Source: Eledone cirrhosa
Taxonomy: Eukaryota
Direction of reading: 5' to 3'
DNA length: 64,000 bases
Assembly (NCBI GenBank): GCA_964016885.1
Contig: OZ024740.1
Span: 147,498,001 to 147,562,000 of the forward strand
This document shows positions 57,363-64,000 of this stretch, in pieces (positions within the stretch are counted from its first letter, which is position 1; the number at the start of each line of letters is the position of its first letter). The translations under genes were made by a program, and so were the position numbers. The notes under the pieces are model-generated. The model was given only the letters and a program-made list of their open reading frames with translations. It searched no databases and was not told the DNA's origin.

Positions 57363-59085
57363 GTGAGGTTGTTTTACAAAATGAAAAATAACCGAGGTGT
57401 CATACACGAGTGAAAATATAAAGAAAAAAAGATGAAATCGAAAATGCAACTGGAGTCTTATTTAAAAAAAAATATATATATATATTTCATTCCTTTACCG
57501 GTTTCGCAGTTCTTCTGCCTTTCAAAAATAGAGTTGAGATGGAGGGTCTGTGGTTTTTCTCACATCTGGTTGGTCTTTGAATGGTACTTGTTTTATATGG
57601 AAAAAAGTGGCTCGAAACGCCAGGTTTTTAGAGAAGTAATTTGATTAGTTGGTCAATAAGTATAATAAATTTCGCGCCAGTTCGCGTTACAAAGTTCTTC
57701 AAACAAGGGGGGGGGGGTCTCAGGTTGTTTTTTCATATATGAGTGCTTGAATTTCTTTTTACTTAAAAAAAGGGGCTCACGAAGGCTTTTTAAAAAAAAT
57801 GTAATTTGATTGGTTATAAATAAAATTATGGTTGTCACGTGAACAAGTTCATTAAATTTCGTGCCCGTATTTGTGAATTTATTTTGTAGCCTTTTAGAGA
57901 ATTTTATGACAAGGAAAAGAATGGTCAAGAGAAATGGGATAGGAGAATATGGCTAGTTCGCTGGGGTGTCAGAGTTCAGATTTTCTATTGAAATAAAGAA
58001 AGTAGACATATGTATGTTTATTTGTGTGTTTGTGTGTGTGTGTGTATAGGAAGATGATTCTATTGGTAGAAATGGGGGAGGGAGTTGTGTATGTGTGTAT
58101 ATGGGTGTTATGTGTGTGTGTGTGGGAGTATGTTGAGATGGAGAGAATATATATATTTTGTGTGTGTGTGTAGGAAAGTGATTCTATTAGTAGAAATGGG
58201 GGAGGGAGTTGTGTGTGTGTGTGAGGGTGTTATGTGTGTGTGTGTGTGGGTGTTATGTGTGTGTGGGTGTATGGTTAGCATGTTAAGATGAAGAGAATAT
58301 ATATTTTGTGTGTGTGTGTGTGTGTAGGAAAATGATTCCGTTAGTAGGAATATTTTTGAATGAACATATTTTCCTTACTCATTCGTATTTGTTCTGTTGT
58401 ATTGTCAGCGCAAACGTATGTTAAGGTTTATTTATTTCGGGTTTTTATTTTCTAAAGTAGAAGGTGTTATGTGTGTGTGTATGTGTGTGTTTGGATGGTT
58501 AGCATGTTATGGTGTTGACATAATGTATATTAAACCATATTTAATGCTGGTCTATATTTTTGAATAAACATATTTTCCTTATTTATTCGTATTTGTATTG
58601 TCAGCGCAAAGGTAAAATGGGAAAACTTGGAATTTGGGTGTCTTATTACTTGCGCAAATGTCTAGATGTGCGCTTAGTGGTATCTGTCTCTTGGTTGGAT
58701 CTCGTAATTGTTGGCGATGAGCTGTCATTCTATTTCTGAGTGTGAGTTTAGTTTGTCCTATATAATCTTCACTGCAACCTTTACATTTAATGGCATAAAA
58801 TAGATTTTTTGATGAGCAAGTGAAGTGACTTTTTTACAGCAAAATTTTGTCCTGATTTAAATGTATACGTGTTGCCTTCAATGAGGTGAGTGCAGGTTCC
58901 ACAATTAGAGCGACCACTTTTTTTGACAGTTGGTTGTGGGTTTGTGGTATGTAATTTGGCATTGGTGAGTAATGTTTTCAGTGATTTCGGTTGTCTTTTG
59001 CTTTTGATTATTTTGTGTGTTTCAAGGGCTTTTTTCATTCTTGGGTCTTGTTTCAGTAGTGGGATGTTCTTGTGAATAGTGTTTT
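57357..59085 (-). mobile_element. PLE 3' fragment (GIY-YIG end + 3' UTR) with hammerhead-like variant at ~57492-57528
   Basis: IIKSKRQPKSLK..GRSNCGTC, C.GCSEDYIGQT..LRNRMTAHRQQ. Minus strand TTGAAAG-GCAG aagaa CTGC-GAAA-CCGG-TA. Confidence 0.78.
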
Positions 59086-59100
59086 TGGACGTACCTTGAA

Positions 59101-62100
59101 TTTCAGCTACCCCTACCTCCCCCCAAATGCCATGATAGAATCATCTGTCTTTACAACAAATTGACCAATCCTTTTGACAATTACTATCTTCCCATATAAG
59201 GAATTACCCCCTGAGAAGTTGGGCTATTTATTTACCAGGCTAAAAATTCTTATTTAGTCCAGAATTAGCCGTCGAAACGACTTGAGCTCTGCCGTCGGGG
59301 TCATACTTGTTCCTATTACCCACTCTACTACCCTAAGTATTGATTAGTTTGGTGCGTTATGGTCCATCCGGTTCCTTACCACTTTTCCTTCGTTATCTAG
59401 CTCCTATCTCCGTAGTAGAGCACTTTCCGACCCTACCACGCCTTATCCAGACTTTTCCGCCAAGCTCAAGTTTTTTCACCCGCACCATGCGAAAACCAAC
59501 ATCGACTTCTCCACCAAGAACATCCCAGTTCCACCGAGAAATCTTTACCTTCGGATGCTCACACAAAAACTCGACCTCTTTGCGAAAAGACTAAGATGGA
59601 GAACTTTTTTCTACGACAGATATTGCGACAATAAGGACTTCGATACCAAGGAGAGATTCGGATTTAATACCTACAAATCTCCCCCTCCGAACCCTATGCT
59701 CTCACCCTTCGAGAAAGACCTTTTCCAACTGGCCAAGAGCATTAAATTCAAACCCAGACACAACAGATTCCTACAAAAACTCCGTAGCAAATTAACAGAG
59801 TATGAAAACACCAACGACATCATGGTGCACTCGGACAAAACTGGAAACCTCTACTTCGCCAACCCCGACAGATACCACACACTGATCAGGAGCAGCCTAA
59901 ACTCCACCTATAAAAAGGCTAAGCATTCAAGTATCGAGGACATAAATCGAAATGGACAACAGATTACCTCCAGCCTCGGGGTCGCTGACCGCACTGAACC
60001 CCTATACCCACGGACTCCCTACTTCACACTGAAGGACCACAAATCCTACTTCGACCGTAAACCATCCATCAGGTTTATAAACCAACGAAGTCCGACATAG
60101 GGAGAATAAGTAAAAAATTCCTAGACTGCGTTATACCAAAAGTTAAGCAAAGCGCGAGACTTAGCCTATGGGTCAACACCCAGGAAGTAATCTCATGGTT
60201 CAGCAATATGGAGGACAAACGAGACACAAAATTCATCCAGTTTGACATAGAGAGTTACTATGCATCAATTACCTTACCGCTCCTTACGGCCGCCTTGGAC
60301 TTTGCCGAAACACTCACGCCCATCACCGACCAGGAAAGAAATATCATCCTCCACGCCAGGAAGACAGTCCTACTTTTCGACAACTCCAAATGGATAAAGA
60401 GAGCTCCTGACTCCCCCTTCGACGTTAGTATGGGCGCGACGGATTCGGCTGAGGTCCCAGATCTTATAGGATTATTCCTAATATTTAAACTCACCGAAAT
60501 GTTTCCTGCATTCGGCGGTGGATTGTACCATGACGATGGGCTCCTTACCCTCAAAGGGTACAACCCCAGTAGTACAGACCGGGTCCGTAAACATTTGATC
60601 AGCTTCTTCCGCGACTGGGGATTTAAACTAACCCTACAAATGTCCCTAACCCGAGTAAACTTCCTGGACGTTACTCTTAACCTCGATAAGGATTTGTACT
60701 ACTCATACAGGAAACCAAACGACAACCTGCATTGCATCCACCACCGGTCGAACCATCCTAGAAACATCACCAATAACCTGGTTAAAAACATCTCCCTCCG
60801 CATATCTCGTTTGTCCGCTAATGAGCAGATATTCGACGAACATGCGCCTTATTATAACCAGGCCCCCAAGCGGAGTGGCTTCCGGGAGGAAATATCCTAT
60901 TATCCAGCTTCCATTAGCGGAACCAGCAGGCGACACCGCCGCTCACGCAACGTAGCTCGGTTCAATCCTCCCCACAATGCTGAGGTGACAACAGCTATCG
61001 GGAAAATCTTCTTTAGGCTCATCGAAAAACACTTCCCACTACAACACCGCTACCACAACATAATCAACAAAAACACCATCAAACTCTCCTACAGCACCAC
61101 ACCTAACTTCGCACAAAACATCGTCTCCTCTAACAACAAAAAACTCAACCCCCATGGAAGAAATAACCTAGACAGCAGTAAAGAGCCGACCAGGAGGTGT
61201 AACTGTCCTGATAGATCCCTTTGCCCCCTCAACAACAGATGCCGAGATCGTAATGTGATCTACCAGTGCAACGTGAGGACGGACACCTCCAACAAAGCTT
61301 ATATAGGATTAACCGCCTGTGACTTCAAGACCCGGCTCTACCAACACCGACATACTTTCCGAAACCCGGCCCGGCGTCATGCCACTACACTTTCGGGCCA
61401 CATCTGGGACCTCAAAGATAATAATATAACCTACAATCTCACTGTCCAGAGCTAACTCTTACACGGGAGGACGCCGTCCGTGTAACGTATGCTCAGAGGA
61501 AACATTACAAATGCTGTTTTCGAAGGACCAACTCCTAAACAAGAAAGACGAACTGGTAACTGCATGCAAACACAGATTGCGTAGGACTTACCCCGCCCTC
61601 AAACCCCATAATGACCCGGGGAGGGGGGGGGGTTAGACAAGGGCTCAAACACCCCACTTGCCGATTTTGTAAGGGGCAACCCCTGCTTACAAAGGTAGAC
61701 GTAACTTTTTTATCTTTTCCTCTATATTTCCTTCTCCCCCGACATCTCTTCCTAGTCCTTCCACCCCAGATCTCCTTCCTTGTCTTTTTTTCACCTTTTT
61801 CGCCTACCCCGAGACAGCCCATCGGTCCTCTGTAGCCTCAGTACCCCCACCCCCCTAATTTTAAGATAAACTTGGCCGATTACGCTTTTTATAGCAGATG
61901 TGTTTTCTTTCTGGTTGCTGCTCTATTTCTGTGATTTCTAAATTTCTTAGTGGTATTTTTGTATTAGTATTCTTGTATTAGTATTTCTGTATTAGTATTC
62001 TGAATTAATATTTCGTATTAGTATTTTGTAGTAGTATTTGTAAGTATTTGTAAGTATTTTAGTATTTTCGTTCTCAACTTATTAACCTGTCATTGTAAGA

Positions 62101-62772
62101 TAGCATTGGTTGATTACTAACTAACTATAACAGTGGTGTTAGACCACCCGTAAAGCCGGCTTTATAAAATTCTTTCACTACAATCTCGTATTTAGTATTT
62201 TTCTCCACCTATTAAACTTTTCTATAGCTTAGCAATACCAATGAGAGATTTGGTGATTGTGGAGATGGAGTAGTAACCAGAAATTGTTTTTTATATTTAT
62301 TTCCTTATTTTTATAATGTTTTTTTTTGTTTACTCCCTTTCGATTTACCTATTCTTTCAACTCCCCCTTCCCCTTCGCCAGTACACTTTTTTCGATCTTC
62401 TATACACTATCCTTAGAATCTGCTGTATAGATTTCACTTTCAACGCTTGACTTGGTTTCCCCCACTCCCTCTTTGTTCTACCGGCAAGTTCAGCTACCCC
62501 TACCTCCCCCCAAATGCCAGGATAGAAATATCTGTCTTTACAACAAATTTTTGACCAATCCTTTTGACAATTACTATCTTCCCATATAAGGAATTACTCC
62601 CGGTTATTTATTTACCAGGCTAAAAATTCTTATTTAGTCCAGAATTAGCCGTCGAAACGGCTTGAGCTCTGCCCTCGGGGTCATACTTGTTCCTATTACC
62701 CACTCTACTACCCTAAGTATTGAGTACTTTGATGCTTTATGGTCCATCCGGTTCCTTACCACTTTTTCTTCG

Positions 62773-62773
<1 letters not shown>
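59101..62773 (+). mobile_element. Near full-length Penelope-like element (Naiad-like) with ~290-bp direct pseudo-LTRs (59101-59395 / 62489-62773)
   Basis: Direct terminal repeats each contain the hammerhead-like motif. The interior is a single long, frameshifted ORF. Confidence 0.92.
59487..61636 (+). pseudogene. PLE polyprotein (N-terminal domain, RT, GIY-YIG) broken by about three frameshifts
   Basis: FSTKNIPVP..KRLRWR, SDKTGNLY, TLKDHK, FDIESYYASI, MGATDSAEV.DLIG, GLYHDDGL, FNPP and YIGLT..FKTR. After the last shift: CNVCSEE..LLNKKDELVTACKHR. Confidence 0.9.
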
Positions 62774-62842
<69 letters not shown>

Positions 62843-63264
62843 TTGTGTATATGTGTGTATATGTGTGTATATGTGTGTATATGTGTGTGTATATGTATGT
62901 GTATATATATATATATATATGGATTATCGTTGTGTATGTGTATGAGTTGCTGTATATGCGGGTGAGTGTATATGTATATATGTATATGTATGTTGGTATT
63001 TCTTTTATTATTTTTTAAATTTTATTTTTATTTTTAATTTCTTTTATTTTTTAATTTTATTTCTTATACACATATATAATGTATGTATATGTATATATAT
63101 GGGTATGTATGAGTGTGTATGTGTGTTTGCATGTATGTATGTTGTGTATATGTGTACATAGGGTTTTGGTATATGTATGTTTGGTAAACATATGTGTATT
63201 TACCTGTAGGTATGTGTGTGTTATATACGCATTCATGCGTGTATATTTATATCTGTATTTATAA

Positions 63265-63313
<49 letters not shown>

Positions 63314-63329
63314 TATATATATGTATATA

Positions 63330-64000
63330 TATATATGTGTGTTTTTGGTGAATAAGTTCGTATGTGTGCGGGTATATGTGTCGCGCTTGTTTACGTACAT
63401 GTGCGCGTGTTCATGTGTACGTGCATGTATATGTATGTATGGCGGGTGTTTTCGCGTATGCACGTGTATGTACGTATATGTATGTATATATTTAATTATT
63501 ATCACTTTTATGATTTTAATAATCTCTGTCATTTTCATTCAAATAATTTATTTACATTATTGGCAGTATCAGTAGAGGGTCGGACTCCATGCTTTGTAGC
63601 ATAAAGTTACGTCCCTTTGCCGTCTGAGTTCAAATTCTGCCGAGGGTAACTTTGCCTTTCATCCTTACGGGGGTGATAAAATATAGTACCAGTAATGCAC
63701 TGGGATAATTCCTGGCCTTGTGCCAAAAAGTAGAACTAATTATTCTTAATTCAGAAGCCGAGAATCATTTGGTTTCCTAAATAGAATATTAGTCTAATGA
63801 CTCCATTTATACCCTAAACGTGGTTTTGTCTTTGTGTGTAATTTTTCTCATCGCTCCACATAATGACGTATTATCTTCGCTTTTTTTCGTTCATTGCCAG
63901 GAAACGTCTTCACGATCCAAAGTATCGTCTTCCTGTTTTCCTTCGGTTGCAACATTTTTCGAAATATTTACTTCTGCGTTCACAGATTGATTTTTTTAGT
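63330..64000 (+). mobile_element. Third copy of the non-coding pseudo-LTR-type repeat, interrupted by a SINE (~63560-63743)
   Basis: Collinear with 56761-57110 except for the SINE inserted at ATTATT, which is duplicated on both sides. Confidence 0.8.

Overview
Repeat-saturated, AT-rich animal genomic DNA, probably an octopus-like cephalopod (inferred from the SINE family and the (TA)n/(TG)n/(TATG)n density). I find no convincing intact host gene. Most short ORFs in the track are microsatellite read-throughs or antisense shadows of retroelement ORFs. The window is a graveyard of target-primed retroelements: (i) restriction-like-endonuclease non-LTR elements (Dong/R4-type at a (TAA)n tract, three fragments in (TATG)n tracts, one CRE-type); (ii) APE-type RTE elements; (iii) at least seven Penelope-like elements (PLEs, RT + GIY-YIG), including a near full-length copy with direct pseudo-LTRs and a 5'-truncated copy with ~2.2-kb inverted terminal arms; (iv) about 20 copies of a tRNA-derived SINE and a small MITE. 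Reading by eye also shows more than 15 type I hammerhead ribozyme motifs in PLE pseudo-LTRs, and several palindromes whose inversion points fall in the ribozyme. The most striking feature is a 110-bp hairpin (42234-42530) whose 33 mismatches are all G.U-compatible on one strand. That is the pattern expected if an ADAR A-to-I hyper-edited retroelement RNA was reverse-transcribed into the genome. All alignments and folds were done by hand and need computational confirmation.
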